Below are positions 1 through 11,186 of a stretch of 58,052 nucleotides of DNA, piece by piece; position 1 is the stretch's first letter; every line of letters starts with the position of its first letter. This stretch comes from Myxococcota bacterium (GTDB lineage Bacteria > Myxococcota_A > Bradymonadia > UBA7976 > UBA1532). The DNA is taken from contig JAYZEG010000032.1 in assembly GCA_036337435.1 (NCBI GenBank), positions 1 to 58,052 of the forward strand, read 5' to 3'. The translations under genes were made by a program, and so were the position numbers. Below the pieces are notes generated by a model, which was given only the letters and a program-made list of their open reading frames with translations, searched no databases and was not told the origin of the DNA.

Positions 1-180
1 ACTCTATTTTTCTGACAGGCCAGACGCTCTTTTGTTCGATGTTATCGAAATTTAGGAGTCTCGATCCAATCTAATGAAATACATTTTTGAATCTTTTGTT
101 CGGTTAACACGGGGCGTTGAGTGCTGGATGGGGCATCGGACGACTTGACTGAAATCATAACACGAGCCAACCTGGGACGT

Positions 181-885
181 GTGAAATACCTAACAGCGAT
201 CATCATCATGTTCTCGTGCGGCTGTATTCTTGAGTCGGAGGAGTGCGGAAAGACCTTTGTCCTGCGCGACCAACGTTGCGTTCCAGCGGAAAACCCAGGT
301 GAGTTTGGCCTTGGCGCAGGAAGTGCACCTTCGGACGCGGGCATAAATGATTCGACCCGCTTCGACGACGTGATAGATTTGAGCGTGGATTTGGGCGGAA
401 TTGATGCGCAGGTGGATAACCCTTGGGCGGATTTTGTGCACATTCTTATCGTCGACCGTACGGCTGATGGTGATGCTCAGCAGACGCCGGCGGTGCCTGG
501 AGCTGATATTGACGGGGTGACAGTTGCCGACCCACTCGGCATGCGTGTCGGGACGGGTGAAGTCATTATCAATGAACGTATCAATGACCCCTATATGGCG
601 AGTATACAGCGCAGCAGTCGAGCAGGCTTGGGTTTGCCCGATGGGCGTGCTGTCTCTTTGGGGACTCAGGGTGGCTTTATTCGTGTTGGACTCGGTCTTG
701 AGCGACCGCTCCGAGGAGGCGACATCATTTCCATTGTCGAAATCGATGAAGTCATGGGTAACCAAGACCGATATGAAGCGTTTATTTGTCGAACTGATGC
801 CGAGGCCTTACGAGGGTGTCGAGTCCTTGGTGTAGCTTCATCGGGCGCGACGGAGTTCAGTCTCGATGTAATTGATTCTCCCTAA
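181..885 (+). CDS. Hypothetical secreted lipoprotein
   Basis: ORF track gives 121..885. The GTG at 181 gives a lipoprotein-like signal MKYLTAIIIMFSCGC, then an acidic DAG linker and a 'PGADIDGV' beta-rich region. Confidence 0.6.
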   Translation: MKYLTAIIIMFSCGCILESEECGKTFVLRDQRCVPAENPGEFGLGAGSAPSDAGINDSTRFDDVIDLSVDLGGIDAQVDNPWADFVHILIVDRTADGDAQQTPAVPGADIDGVTVADPLGMRVGTGEVIINERINDPYMASIQRSSRAGLGLPDGRAVSLGTQGGFIRVGLGLERPLRGGDIISIVEIDEVMGNQDRYEAFICRTDAEALRGCRVLGVASSGATEFSLDVIDSP

Positions 886-1367
886 TCGCCAAAGGCTTCG
901 AAAGCATCGACCACCGCGCGGAATTCATCGGGGACACGAACAGGATTAAAGGGGTCATCGAGCCAGACCATCGTCATCGTCCCGGTCGCGACCAAACGAC
1001 GGTCGCGCTTGTTATTGACCAAGAACTGAAACGTGTAACTGGTCTCGCCTATGTTTGAAATGCGAACATGCATTACGAGAATGTCGTTATAATGTGATGG
1101 TGCCCTGAATCGGACCTGTTGATGAACCACGGCACCGGGAATTAAATCTCTGACCTGACCGTCAAATCTGTCTAAATTCAAATGGGCGAGATAATCCATT
1201 CGGCCCACATCAAAATAGCTGGCGAAGCTCCCGAAGAAGACGATCCCCACCGCGTCAGTTTCACTGAGCCGCACGCGGATTTCCGTTGAAAAACCATAGT
1301 CATTTAAATCCGTTGATACATCCGGTTCTGTCATGTCTAAACCACACGATTGTCGATTCTCCGACAA
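882..1367 (-). CDS. Acyl-CoA thioesterase, hotdog fold (4HBT/YbgC family)
   Basis: Motif VRLSETDAVGIVFFGSFASYFDVGR. The true start may be the internal MTEPD. Confidence 0.85.
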   Translation of the reverse strand: MSENRQSCGLDMTEPDVSTDLNDYGFSTEIRVRLSETDAVGIVFFGSFASYFDVGRMDYLAHLNLDRFDGQVRDLIPGAVVHQQVRFRAPSHYNDILVMHVRISNIGETSYTFQFLVNNKRDRRLVATGTMTMVWLDDPFNPVRVPDEFRAVVDAFEAFGD

Positions 1368-1370
1368 TCC

Positions 1371-2708
1371 TCACATTGTGACGTTTTTTTTTCGACCTGT
1401 TTTTCCCGAGAAAACTGCAAGCATCAAGAGGACGGAAAAGACCAGATCCGATGGCGTCGTTCGCCTAGGCACAGTCACACACCCGCTCGAACCGGCGTTT
1501 TCGCTCTTGGATAATGGCTCTTGACCCATATCGACATCTGATTCATCTGTGCTCGAACCCATTTGGTTCTCTAGACCCGCGTCGGGGTCACCACCCCCAA
1601 CCGTAGCGTCGAATGCGTCAAGCTCTGAGATCGAAGCGTCCGACTCGTCCTCTGTGCAAAAGGCACCGCCACGATCTCGTCTGCAGACCAGGTCACGTTC
1701 CGTACAGTCATCGATGAGAATGTCTCCGAATCGACAGCGGATCACTTTGTTGTCCTCACAAACGCCGATGCTGCCCACATTGGCGCAAACATCGATTTCA
1801 AAGCAGCCCACCCGGTTTGAGCCGTCCGCAGCTCGACATTCGAGTCCCTGCGCGTCGCAATCGATTTCGATATAGCGGCCGGAGTCACATCTTTGTAGGC
1901 GTTCACCGTCACAGACCCCGTGTTCGGGCAGGTCGATGCACTGAGAGTCCGGCGGCCGCATCGCATCTTCGGACACAGAGTCAATCCAATCGGCGATGGT
2001 ATCCAGTCTGATTAAATGGTCAACGCCGAGACAACTTGGGTCACCCCATGATTCAACACCTAAAACCGACGGGCCTGACTCACCAATGTTGGCGATGATG
2101 GGTCCACCTGAGTCACCGAAACAAATCCCTTGTTCGCCGCGACCGTCTACAATGATCTCGGTGCGGTTGAGTCCGCTCACGTAAACCGTAGCGAAGTAAC
2201 GGCCGAATCTGGAACGGTCGTAGGTCTCGCCGTAGCCACCTGCTTGGACCGGCGTCCCGACTAAATCTCGTGAAAGTTCAATTCGATTGAATGGTATGGG
2301 CTCTACTTCCGGCAGGCGCAGCGTTGCATCCTCGGACAAAATCAAAATGGCTGCATCGAGTTGGGGGTGACTGTAGATGAGCTCAGCTCGAACGCTGGCT
2401 CGAGGATTGGTGGGTTGTAAGCCCATCCCAAACCCGATCTCAGACAGCTCTCGATCATCCACGCAATGCTTCGCTGTGGCAACAATTCGAGGGCTGACCA
2501 AAGTCGCCGTGCAGAAGTTCCTTGACGCTGAACCTGCAGGATGTAGCCAGCCAAGAGCAAGTATTTGTCCGTCGGTCAACTCCACCGCCTCGGGGGCTCT
2601 GGTGCCGTTTCTAATGGATTGCTCGACCAGACTTATGCTGGTGCCGGTCTTCATGTCGGTGCAGGCGAGCATCCATAAAGTGAACAAGATGACGATTTGT
2701 TTAATCAT
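1371..2708 (-). CDS. S1 (chymotrypsin-fold) serine protease with Cys-rich repeats and a MYXO-CTERM-like anchor
   Basis: Triad motifs TAKHC / DAAIL / GDSGGP; lipobox WMLAC; C-terminal SSGC + hydrophobic segment + RKK. Confidence 0.9.
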   Translation of the reverse strand: MIKQIVILFTLWMLACTDMKTGTSISLVEQSIRNGTRAPEAVELTDGQILALGWLHPAGSASRNFCTATLVSPRIVATAKHCVDDRELSEIGFGMGLQPTNPRASVRAELIYSHPQLDAAILILSEDATLRLPEVEPIPFNRIELSRDLVGTPVQAGGYGETYDRSRFGRYFATVYVSGLNRTEIIVDGRGEQGICFGDSGGPIIANIGESGPSVLGVESWGDPSCLGVDHLIRLDTIADWIDSVSEDAMRPPDSQCIDLPEHGVCDGERLQRCDSGRYIEIDCDAQGLECRAADGSNRVGCFEIDVCANVGSIGVCEDNKVIRCRFGDILIDDCTERDLVCRRDRGGAFCTEDESDASISELDAFDATVGGGDPDAGLENQMGSSTDESDVDMGQEPLSKSENAGSSGCVTVPRRTTPSDLVFSVLLMLAVFSGKTGRKKNVTM

Positions 2709-2798
2709 ATCTTCCCAGTCCGTAAGTTCGCTAACGATCGGCGGTTAATCTGCTCAAAAAAGCAAGTTATGTGCCGTCTGGCGTGTCACTGGATTTGG

Positions 2799-3578
2799 TC
2801 AACTGGATAAATTTGCACCCTGAATATGAAATCCTGCATCCACATGAATGATTTCACCTGTGATTCCACTACTCATGTCCGAGACAAGGAATGCGATGCT
2901 TTGAGCGACTTCATCAGTGGTAATGTTTCGTTTCAGCGGTGTGACTTCTGCCGTCTTGGCCAGCATTGTCCGGAAACCGGGAATCCCTGCGGCCGCCAGG
3001 GTGCGGACGGGTCCGGCACTGACCCCATTCACGCGAATATTTGCAGCACCTAATTCATCTGCCAGGTACCGAATGTTAGCTTCCAATGCCGCTTTAGCTG
3101 GTCCCATCACGTTGTAATTAGGAATGACCCGCTCGGCACCAATATAGCTTAGTGCGACGATTGCACCACCGGAACTCATCAGGGGAGCACCGCGTTGAGC
3201 AATCCTCACGAGGCTATAGGCACTGACATCCATTGTCTCTTGGAATTGGCTGCGGCTCGTTTCCGAGAATCGGCCCATGAGAGCATCGCGAGGCGCAAAC
3301 GCCAGGCTATGTACGATGAAGTCGATGCGTCCGAAACGTGCTTTGACTGCTTCAATAACGCCATCGATGTCTTCATCACGAGTGACATCACACGGCAAAG
3401 ACAAGGGTAGATTGGCGTTTTTAACCAGTGCTTCGACGGTTCGGGCTAAGCGCTCTCCTTGGTAGGTGACCGCGACCGATGCCCCTAATTTTGTTGTTTG
3501 TTCAGCAACAGACCAGGCGATTGAACGCTGGTTTGCGACACCGAAAATTAATCCAACCCGACCTGATAACGATAGCAC
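2799..3578 (-). CDS. fabI: Enoyl-ACP reductase
   Basis: GVANQRSIAW, YNVMGPAKAALE and VNGVSAGPVRTLAA motifs. Confidence 0.95.
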   Translation of the reverse strand: MLSLSGRVGLIFGVANQRSIAWSVAEQTTKLGASVAVTYQGERLARTVEALVKNANLPLSLPCDVTRDEDIDGVIEAVKARFGRIDFIVHSLAFAPRDALMGRFSETSRSQFQETMDVSAYSLVRIAQRGAPLMSSGGAIVALSYIGAERVIPNYNVMGPAKAALEANIRYLADELGAANIRVNGVSAGPVRTLAAAGIPGFRTMLAKTAEVTPLKRNITTDEVAQSIAFLVSDMSSGITGEIIHVDAGFHIQGANLSS

Positions 3579-3629
3579 TGTTTGATCTCCCCAATGACAC
3601 CGCTAGCTTCTAACGTGTTCGCGGGATTA

Positions 3630-6143
3630 TCAAGGGGCCTGCACAGGAATGAAGTATGAGATTCCGGTTTCGCCGGCCTCGATGGTCCAGCCGTTATCCG
3701 TTCGTTGCGCTTGGCTATCTCCCACGATGGAGATCAGGTCGATTGCGTCAGCAACCCAGTTCGGTCGAGCGATTTCGATGGTGGAGCCGACTTCTTTTTG
3801 TGCGACCACCAGGCTCCAACTCTCACCATTTCGGCGAATGAAAGCGAGATCATTATGACCGACAAAAACCGGCAGTCGTTCAACGCCATGGAATGCGCTA
3901 GTGTCCAATCTCGCGCGGCCAAGGCGCCTCATAAAGTCATAGTGATTGACTTGCTGCGCGGTCAGGGACATATCGAATGCCGCACTGTTCAAATCCTGCC
4001 AGGGTAGGGACCGACGATTGTCTGGATCATTGCCGCCAGGCATCGCGATTTCATCGCCATAATACAACATGGGCAACCCAGGTGCGCCGTAGAGTAGACC
4101 CCAGATAATTCGCAAGCGTCGGTAATGTGCGGCGTCATCGGTTACGCTTGGTAAGTCGGTGTTGCATGCGTCTGTGTAACGGCAGTATACGCCGGGATCA
4201 CCCGCCACTCGCGAGACGATTCGCCCACTGTCATGGCTGCCCAAGAATTGGACATTCAACTGGTTACCGACGTACGATTGTTCGGCCGCTTGCATAGCGG
4301 CTTCAATATCTCGCAACGAACCATTTCCATCGATTAAAGATGCCCACCGATGATGTGATGGGAAGTCAAACTGGCCATCTAGCGCATTGGCTCCCGTGTA
4401 CGCGTCTATCCACTCGTACCCGTTATTGAATCGAACACCACACAGCCCGTTATATTGATCTCCAGACGACACGGCTGTCTCACCCAACATGACGATCCGA
4501 TGGCCGCCTTTCTCGAAGCGCTGTGTCAGAGCACTCCGGAGATTGTAGACCGCCATCGTCTCCACATGTTTGACGGCGTCAACTCGGAATCCATCTACGT
4601 TAAACTCTTCGACCCAGAAGAGTGCATCATCGATAAATTGTTCGCGCGCTTGTTGATTCCGCCAATTGATGTCGGGGAGGTAAGGGGCAAAAAGACAGTC
4701 GAGCGGCCGCTCACTCCAACCGCAGCCGGGATCGATGCCACAGACACAGCTGGTTCGGAACCAGTCTGGGTTGCTTTGCATGTAAACGTGGTCTTCGTGG
4801 ATTTGGTTATTAATCAGGTCTACCAAGACCCGGATTCCTCGACTATGGGCCGCGGCGACGAAATCGCGCAGCGCGTCGTTTCCACCAAAACGCGGCTCGA
4901 CAAGCCGTGCTTCGACCGGCCAGTAGCCATGATAGGGTGCGATTAATCTGGGGGACTCTCGGCCAGGCATGGCCTCGTTGACTTGTTGGTTGACCGGGCT
5001 TAGCCAAATCACCTTGACACCGAGTGCGTCAAAATAACCGGCATCCAATGCAGCACGCGCACCTTGCAAGTCACCCCCTTGAAAATTTACGCTGTAGCCA
5101 ACGTCGCCCATTCCGATCGGGGCGTCATTTTCCAGGTTGCCATTGGCGAATCGGTCGACCAGTAACATGTAGACAGGGCTGGATAGCCAGCTGAACGGTT
5201 GCGCTTCGATCCAGAAGGGCAAATGGACAACATTTGAAATCCGATTACTCTCATCCTCGATGGTTATGCTTAGCCGATGTTTGCCGTTTGGCAGATCCTC
5301 AAATTGGACTGACAGCTGGCCGGATTCATTAAACTCAGCGCCGCCGACGGGCTCGCCATTGAGTGTGAGGTTGACTGTCGAGACAGGGACTCTGTCGCTG
5401 GCTGTAAACCCTTGTAGAGTGACGTTCAAGCTACGGGCTTGGGCATCGACCTCGAAAAGGTCTACATCCACTGATGGTCTGGCATCGCATGGAGGCATGA
5501 GGAAGGCTGAATTCAAGCAATCTTCATCGAAAGCATGACGGCTGGCAGCTGGGTCAATAAACCAGTTCCCGGTCTGTGGAGATTGGCCCTCGATGAGTTT
5601 ATACGAATAGCTCTCACCCGGGGTCAGACCATCTGCTGGTGACAACTCAAGCCGATGAAGACACGGACCACCCAGTCCGCAGGGCGCCTGCCCTGGTTTG
5701 GCTGTCTCCGGGAAAGCGTCCAAACGTCGCGCGCCGTCTGCCCAGCAGCCACCGTTTTGATCACATGTAAACGTGCCTGCGATCCAGATTGTTTGATTGG
5801 CCTCGGGACTCCAATACTCAATGGCCTGTGTACAAGAACGTGCCGGCCAACCCTCGTCCACCGGTTCCGCATCAACATCTACAACGCTCGAATCTGGGTC
5901 GATGGTTTGTCCGTCCAAAGGCATGCCCATATCCGACTCAGCGGCATCGCCGAGGTTTGCATCGAGGCTGATTCCAAAGTCGGCGGCCATGTTTGAGTCG
6001 GCCGGTTGGCCCGAGGCGTCGGGCGGTGATTGATCGGTCGCTAAGTAGGCGTCCCGAACTTGGTTTGGAGGTTCAGTCTCACTACAGGCGAGGGCACTCA
6101 GTGTGCAAATGATAAAAAGACTCTTCATGTTGGGAGTTTTCAT
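3630..6143 (-). CDS. GH13 alpha-amylase-family lipoprotein
   Basis: Lipobox LSALAC; GGDLQG, YHGYW, GFRVDAVKH (nucleophile), LGET (acid/base), GSHD, YYGDE; a CBM48-like segment (IAGTF...YSYKL...WFIDP) precedes the catalytic domain. Confidence 0.9.
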   Translation of the reverse strand: MKTPNMKSLFIICTLSALACSETEPPNQVRDAYLATDQSPPDASGQPADSNMAADFGISLDANLGDAAESDMGMPLDGQTIDPDSSVVDVDAEPVDEGWPARSCTQAIEYWSPEANQTIWIAGTFTCDQNGGCWADGARRLDAFPETAKPGQAPCGLGGPCLHRLELSPADGLTPGESYSYKLIEGQSPQTGNWFIDPAASRHAFDEDCLNSAFLMPPCDARPSVDVDLFEVDAQARSLNVTLQGFTASDRVPVSTVNLTLNGEPVGGAEFNESGQLSVQFEDLPNGKHRLSITIEDESNRISNVVHLPFWIEAQPFSWLSSPVYMLLVDRFANGNLENDAPIGMGDVGYSVNFQGGDLQGARAALDAGYFDALGVKVIWLSPVNQQVNEAMPGRESPRLIAPYHGYWPVEARLVEPRFGGNDALRDFVAAAHSRGIRVLVDLINNQIHEDHVYMQSNPDWFRTSCVCGIDPGCGWSERPLDCLFAPYLPDINWRNQQAREQFIDDALFWVEEFNVDGFRVDAVKHVETMAVYNLRSALTQRFEKGGHRIVMLGETAVSSGDQYNGLCGVRFNNGYEWIDAYTGANALDGQFDFPSHHRWASLIDGNGSLRDIEAAMQAAEQSYVGNQLNVQFLGSHDSGRIVSRVAGDPGVYCRYTDACNTDLPSVTDDAAHYRRLRIIWGLLYGAPGLPMLYYGDEIAMPGGNDPDNRRSLPWQDLNSAAFDMSLTAQQVNHYDFMRRLGRARLDTSAFHGVERLPVFVGHNDLAFIRRNGESWSLVVAQKEVGSTIEIARPNWVADAIDLISIVGDSQAQRTDNGWTIEAGETGISYFIPVQAP

Positions 6144-6332
6144 GGCAGCACCCTATCTCTGGTCTATCGAAGTAATTACCGATCCGCCGCTCTATACGTG
6201 AGAGCCTGATTGGACTCAAGAAATAAGTTATCCAAGAGCTTCTTCGCTCTTTGCTTGGCATTCATCCAACAGAGTGGTAACCCCAGACTGGGTACAGGAA
6301 TGGACCGGTCCGGTCAAACGAAGGGGAATGTT

Positions 6333-8588
6333 ATGTCTAGACGTCGAGATGCCTTGGATTACCATGCGAGTGGCCGGGCTGGAAAGATAGCGATCCGTCC
6401 AACGAAACCGCTACAAACGCAGCGAGATCTTTCTTTGGCCTACACGCCGGGTGTTGCAGAACCCTGTCTAGAAATTGCCAAGGATGAACAGCGAGTCTTC
6501 GATTATACGGCCCGCGGTAATCTGGTCGCCGTCGTGTCCAACGGTACGGCGGTACTCGGGCTGGGGAACATCGGGCCGGAGGCCTCGAAACCCGTCATGG
6601 AGGGCAAAGGCGTCTTATTCAAACGCTTTGCTGATATCGACGTTTTCGATATCGAAATTGCTGAGACTGAACCCGACAAGTTCATCGACATCGTTGCGGC
6701 TCTTGAACCGACATTCGGTGGGGTTAATTTGGAGGATATCAAAGCACCGGAATGCTTCTACATCGAAGAAGCTCTTCGGGAGAGAATGAAGATACCCGTG
6801 TTCCATGATGACCAACACGGCACAGCGATCATCGCCACCGCGGCTTTTGTCAATGCTCTCGAATTAACAGGCCGCTCAGTTGCTGATGTTAAATGCGTAT
6901 TCAGTGGCGCAGGGGCTGCGGCCATGGCTTGCGCCAACCTATTCATCTCCCTTGGGGTCAAAGCTGAAAACCTCATTCTTTGTGACAGTCGGGGCCCCAT
7001 CTATGTCGGCAGAACGGAGGGCATGAACGCCTACAAAGAAAGACTCGCCGTCGATACGCCTCATCGCTCTCTGAAAGAGGCTATGGTCGGTGCGGATGTC
7101 TTTGTTGGTGTGAGTGTAAAAGGGGTTGTGACGACCGACATGCTCAAGAGCATGGCAGACAAGCCCATCGTGATGGCGATGGCCAATCCTGATCCCGAAA
7201 TCGATTATCCGGATGCCATCGCCGCGCGGGATGACTTGATTATGGCAACGGGGCGCAGTGATTATCCAAACCAGGTCAATAATGTTCTCGGCTTCCCATT
7301 TATCTTTCGGGGTGCTCTGGATGTACGGGCGACGAGTATCAATGAGGAGATGAAGCTGGCGGCGGTCAATGCGTTGGCGGCCTTGGCGAAGGAAGATGTG
7401 CCGGATGATGTGAAATCGGCTTATGGCAATCAAACACTCAAGTACGGACCCAAATACATCATACCGAAGCCTTTTGATCATCGAGCACTTTTGCGGGTTG
7501 CACCGGCGGTGGCACGTGCGGCGATGGAGTCAGGCGTTGCGCGTCGCCCCATTGAGAACTTCGACGACTACTACAATCAGCTTGAACGATTGTTGGGCCG
7601 AGATCGCGAGGTAATGCGTCAGGTTATCCGTAAGGCCAGCCAGACACCCAAACGGCTGGTCTTCCCAGAGGGAACACATCCAAAAATCATTCGGGCCGCG
7701 CAGATCTGTCGAGAGGAAGGCATCGCTCATCCGATTCTTTTGGGGTCTCCGGAGGTCATTCAAGAGATTGCGGACAAGAGCGAAATCTCCTTGGACGGAA
7801 TCGAGTTGGTCGACCATGAGAATCATCCATCATTCGATGCCTATGTCGAAGATTATTGGGCCTTACGCAATCGTCGTGGCGTGACACGTGGGGAAGCAGC
7901 TCGTGTACTGAAACAGGGGAATTACTTCGCCTCGATGATGGTGCACAAGGGGGATGCCGACGGCTTTGTGAGCGGGATTTCAAGCAGTTATCCCGATACC
8001 ATTCGTCCAGCTCTGGAAGTCATTGGCACAAGACCAGACGTCAAACGGGTCGCGGGTGCATACCTCGTCATACTCGAAGACGGTGTTAAAGTCTTCGCGG
8101 ATACGACGGTGAACATTAATCCGTCAGCAGAAGACCTCGCTGAAATTGCTCAGTCGACAGCGGCGATGGCACGCAAGCTCGATATTGAGCCCCATATCGC
8201 CATGTTGAGTTTCAGTAACTTTGGCAGTAACCGGTCTCCGCAAGCCAGTAAGGTTGCCCGTGCCGTCGAGTTGATTCGCCAAGCCTCTCCGGAGCTTGAT
8301 GTGGACGGTGAAATGCAGGTTGGTGCTGCACTCGATGTCGAACAACGACAGCGTCTGTTTGATTTTTGCACAATGAAATCAGAGGCAAATATTTTGATAT
8401 TTCCTGAACTCAATAGTGCCAATATCGGGTATAAGCTCATGCGACATCTTGGCGGTGCTGATTTGGTGGGTCCCATCCTCTTAGGTATGGGCCGCCCAGT
8501 GAACGTGCTGGAGCGAGATTGTTCTGTTAGAACGGTGGTCAACATGGCTGCAATCACCGTGGTCCAATCATTGGATATGCTGCATTAG
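6333..8588 (+). CDS. maeB: NADP-dependent malic enzyme with C-terminal phosphotransacetylase-like domain
   Basis: [49 protein letters not shown] part VFPEG...DGEMQ...GPILLG. ATG 6333 follows an AAGGGG SD-like sequence. Confidence 0.95.
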   Translation: MSRRRDALDYHASGRAGKIAIRPTKPLQTQRDLSLAYTPGVAEPCLEIAKDEQRVFDYTARGNLVAVVSNGTAVLGLGNIGPEASKPVMEGKGVLFKRFADIDVFDIEIAETEPDKFIDIVAALEPTFGGVNLEDIKAPECFYIEEALRERMKIPVFHDDQHGTAIIATAAFVNALELTGRSVADVKCVFSGAGAAAMACANLFISLGVKAENLILCDSRGPIYVGRTEGMNAYKERLAVDTPHRSLKEAMVGADVFVGVSVKGVVTTDMLKSMADKPIVMAMANPDPEIDYPDAIAARDDLIMATGRSDYPNQVNNVLGFPFIFRGALDVRATSINEEMKLAAVNALAALAKEDVPDDVKSAYGNQTLKYGPKYIIPKPFDHRALLRVAPAVARAAMESGVARRPIENFDDYYNQLERLLGRDREVMRQVIRKASQTPKRLVFPEGTHPKIIRAAQICREEGIAHPILLGSPEVIQEIADKSEISLDGIELVDHENHPSFDAYVEDYWALRNRRGVTRGEAARVLKQGNYFASMMVHKGDADGFVSGISSSYPDTIRPALEVIGTRPDVKRVAGAYLVILEDGVKVFADTTVNINPSAEDLAEIAQSTAAMARKLDIEPHIAMLSFSNFGSNRSPQASKVARAVELIRQASPELDVDGEMQVGAALDVEQRQRLFDFCTMKSEANILIFPELNSANIGYKLMRHLGGADLVGPILLGMGRPVNVLERDCSVRTVVNMAAITVVQSLDMLH

Positions 8589-8606
8589 AGACGGAGATTT
8601 GATCGA

Positions 8607-10514
8607 ATGAGCCTTGAGCCATTGCCCGCAGATTGGACGAGCTGGGACGTCGCTCAACTAGAGCAGTCTGTGCGGTATCATAATCAACGGTATTGGGATG
8701 CCAATGACCCGGTCATCAGTGATTACGACTACGACCGAATTGTCCAGCAGCTCAAGCGATTAAAGCCCGATTCTGATGTCCTCGTTGAGATGGGACCCTC
8801 GGGGGCCGCAGCCGGTGAACCGGTTGACCACAAACAGGCGATGTTAAGTCTCGACAAAGCCTACGATGAAAAGACACTTTTGCATTGGGCGACAAAGTTC
8901 AACGGCGATTTGGTTATGACGCCAAAGGTAGATGGAGTTGCCTGCAGTATTCGTTACGATGCGAAAGGTCGTCTTGTCGTGGCGGCGACTCGGGGCAGTG
9001 GCTCAGTTGGCGAAAATATTACGGCCAATGTGTCTAGGATCGTTGATGTGCCAACACGAATCGCCACGGATGTCGAAGTAGAGGTTCGAGGTGAAGTGTA
9101 CCTCCCGCTGTCCACATTTGAGTCGATGAAGGGAGATTTTGCAAATCCTAGAAATACGGCGGCAGGTGCCCTGAAGCAGAAAGACCCAGACAAGTCTGCG
9201 CGGGTTGGTTTACGTTTCTTCCTGTACGACGTCATCGGCAATGTTGTCGCCACAGAAATCGATAAATTCAGCCTGGGAGCCCGCTGGGGCTTTAATCCTG
9301 TTGAGCATCGTCTGGTGTCCCGTGACCAGGTTCAATCTGGCTATGATGACTATGTCAAGCGCAGGGGGGACTTGGATTTTGAGATCGATGGTGTTGTGTT
9401 CAAGGCCAACCGTCTTGACGAACAGAAACGCTTGGGGGCGACAGCACATCACCCCCGCTATGCCATCGCTTACAAATTGCAGGGTGAAAGTGCCCAGACT
9501 GTTCTTCGAGATATCGAATGGAGCGTGAGCAGAACTGGTGCGCTGACACCGGTTGGTCTTGTTGACCCTGTGTCACTAAGTGGTGCGACAGTCACCCGCA
9601 TTAGTCTGCACAACTGGGGTTTGGTACAAAGCAAGAACCTCAGTTTGAACGCCACGGTTATCGCAATGCGACGGGGTGGAGTTATCCCACATCTTGAACA
9701 TGTGGTTGAACCTGGCGACCAAATGATTTTTCCGCCAGCGACTTGCCCCTCCTGTGGTTCAATTCCGGTTGTGGATGGTGAGTTTGTTGAATGTCAAAAT
9801 CGCGCTGCGTGTCCGGCTCAGGTTGTTGGTGTTTTGTCTCACTTCGCCAAGGTGGCTGGCATTGAGGGGTTTGGGCAAGTCTGGCTAGAGACTTTTGTGG
9901 CTTCGGGTATTCTGATGAGTCCGAGCGATTTTTACCGAATTGGTCGTGATGATCTCATCCAGTTCGATCGAATGGGTGAGACACTGGCTGACAAGCTAAT
10001 CGCTCAAATCGAGGCGTCGAAATCAATATCATTGTCGGTCTTTCTGCACGCACTTGGTATTCCTGACCTCGGTAAGACGGCGTCTGAGACATTGGCAGAT
10101 CAGTTTAAAAATCTAGATAAGATTCGCACTGCATCGCCTCAAGATTTGGAAACCATCCCCGGTTTTGGGCAACTGCTTGCTGAGCGGATCCCAAACGGTC
10201 TTATCGAGCACGGTCCGCTCATTGATGAATTGGTCACGTTCATTGATATTCAGACGGTCGAGACTGCTGAGCAGACGGAGGGACCCTTGACCGGGCAATC
10301 ATTCTTATTCACTGGCACGTTGACCAAAATGACACGTTCAGAGGCTCAATCTCGGGTGTCTGAATTAGGTGGAAAAGCGGCGAGCGGTGTCAGCAAGGCT
10401 TTGACGTACTTGGTGATTGGAGATGCGGGCCGGGCCGGCGGTAAGTTGGCTAAAGCCGAGAAACTCGGCGTCCGCATTTTGACCGAGTCAGAATTCATGG
10501 ACTTAATCGACTGA
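8607..10514 (+). CDS. ligA: NAD-dependent DNA ligase
   Basis: ISDYDYD domain Ia, KVDG adenylation motif, VRGEV, NPRN, CPSC zinc finger, HhH motifs, C-terminal BRCT (FTGTL). Confidence 0.96.
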   Translation: MSLEPLPADWTSWDVAQLEQSVRYHNQRYWDANDPVISDYDYDRIVQQLKRLKPDSDVLVEMGPSGAAAGEPVDHKQAMLSLDKAYDEKTLLHWATKFNGDLVMTPKVDGVACSIRYDAKGRLVVAATRGSGSVGENITANVSRIVDVPTRIATDVEVEVRGEVYLPLSTFESMKGDFANPRNTAAGALKQKDPDKSARVGLRFFLYDVIGNVVATEIDKFSLGARWGFNPVEHRLVSRDQVQSGYDDYVKRRGDLDFEIDGVVFKANRLDEQKRLGATAHHPRYAIAYKLQGESAQTVLRDIEWSVSRTGALTPVGLVDPVSLSGATVTRISLHNWGLVQSKNLSLNATVIAMRRGGVIPHLEHVVEPGDQMIFPPATCPSCGSIPVVDGEFVECQNRAACPAQVVGVLSHFAKVAGIEGFGQVWLETFVASGILMSPSDFYRIGRDDLIQFDRMGETLADKLIAQIEASKSISLSVFLHALGIPDLGKTASETLADQFKNLDKIRTASPQDLETIPGFGQLLAERIPNGLIEHGPLIDELVTFIDIQTVETAEQTEGPLTGQSFLFTGTLTKMTRSEAQSRVSELGGKAASGVSKALTYLVIGDAGRAGGKLAKAEKLGVRILTESEFMDLID

Positions 10515-11186
10515 CTCGTCCTGTTCGTCTTCAGCTTCGCCTTCGGCAAGGGTCGAGAACAACGTCATCGGGACACCAAGAAAATCGCGCATATGCTCAT
10601 CGTAAATCCTCTGCGCGTCTCTATCGCCTAAATCCAAACGCAGCTCATTGATCAGCTTAATCGACATCTCCATCCAGTCATCCCAACTCTCTGCTGAAAT
10701 GTTTTCGAGAATCCATTGCCCAACGTCGTCGGCAAACGGCGCGTCGACCATGCTCTTGCCGATTTTCTTCGTTCGAGCGCAGCGTACTTCTCCCGGTCCA
10801 GGCTCGCGCGCATCGTCAGCATCGACCTCGACAACAGCCGCTTGGAGGATGGCATCAGCGGAGACTGTTTCGCCCAAGTCTGCGAGCTTTTGTTTCATTT
10901 CCAGTCCGGGCATTAAGTCGCCGCGACTCATTGCAGCGGCATAGCCAGCTTGAAAGGTTTCGATAGCACCGTCGACGTCTTCGGTGACCAACTGGGAATC
11001 TCCCAGAACAACATAGGCTCGAGAGTACCCCGGATTGATTTTTAACACGTGCCGAAGAACGTTTACTGCTTCAGCCGGTCTCCCGGCATCGGACAACGCT
11101 TGGCCCAAAGCGAAGTGGGCTAAGTCATCGTCGGGATTGGCCTGAGCCATCTTTCGAAATTGTTCAATGCGTTCATCCTGATTCAT
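10503..11186 (-). CDS. TPR domain fused to a YggX-like Fe(II)-trafficking domain
   Basis: Start refined to MNQDER (ATG 11186; 11198 is possible). N-terminal TPRs (PDDDLAHFALG...PGYSRAY); C-terminal VRC...GQWILENISAESWDDW...LINELRLDL resembles YggX. Confidence 0.8.
   Translation of the reverse strand: MNQDERIEQFRKMAQANPDDDLAHFALGQALSDAGRPAEAVNVLRHVLKINPGYSRAYVVLGDSQLVTEDVDGAIETFQAGYAAAMSRGDLMPGLEMKQKLADLGETVSADAILQAAVVEVDADDAREPGPGEVRCARTKKIGKSMVDAPFADDVGQWILENISAESWDDWMEMSIKLINELRLDLGDRDAQRIYDEHMRDFLGVPMTLFSTLAEGEAEDEQDESVD

Noticed and set aside
8607..10514. LigA motif I reads TPKVDG instead of E-x-K-x-D-G
   Set aside because: The catalytic Lys and all domains are intact; probably a tolerated variant.
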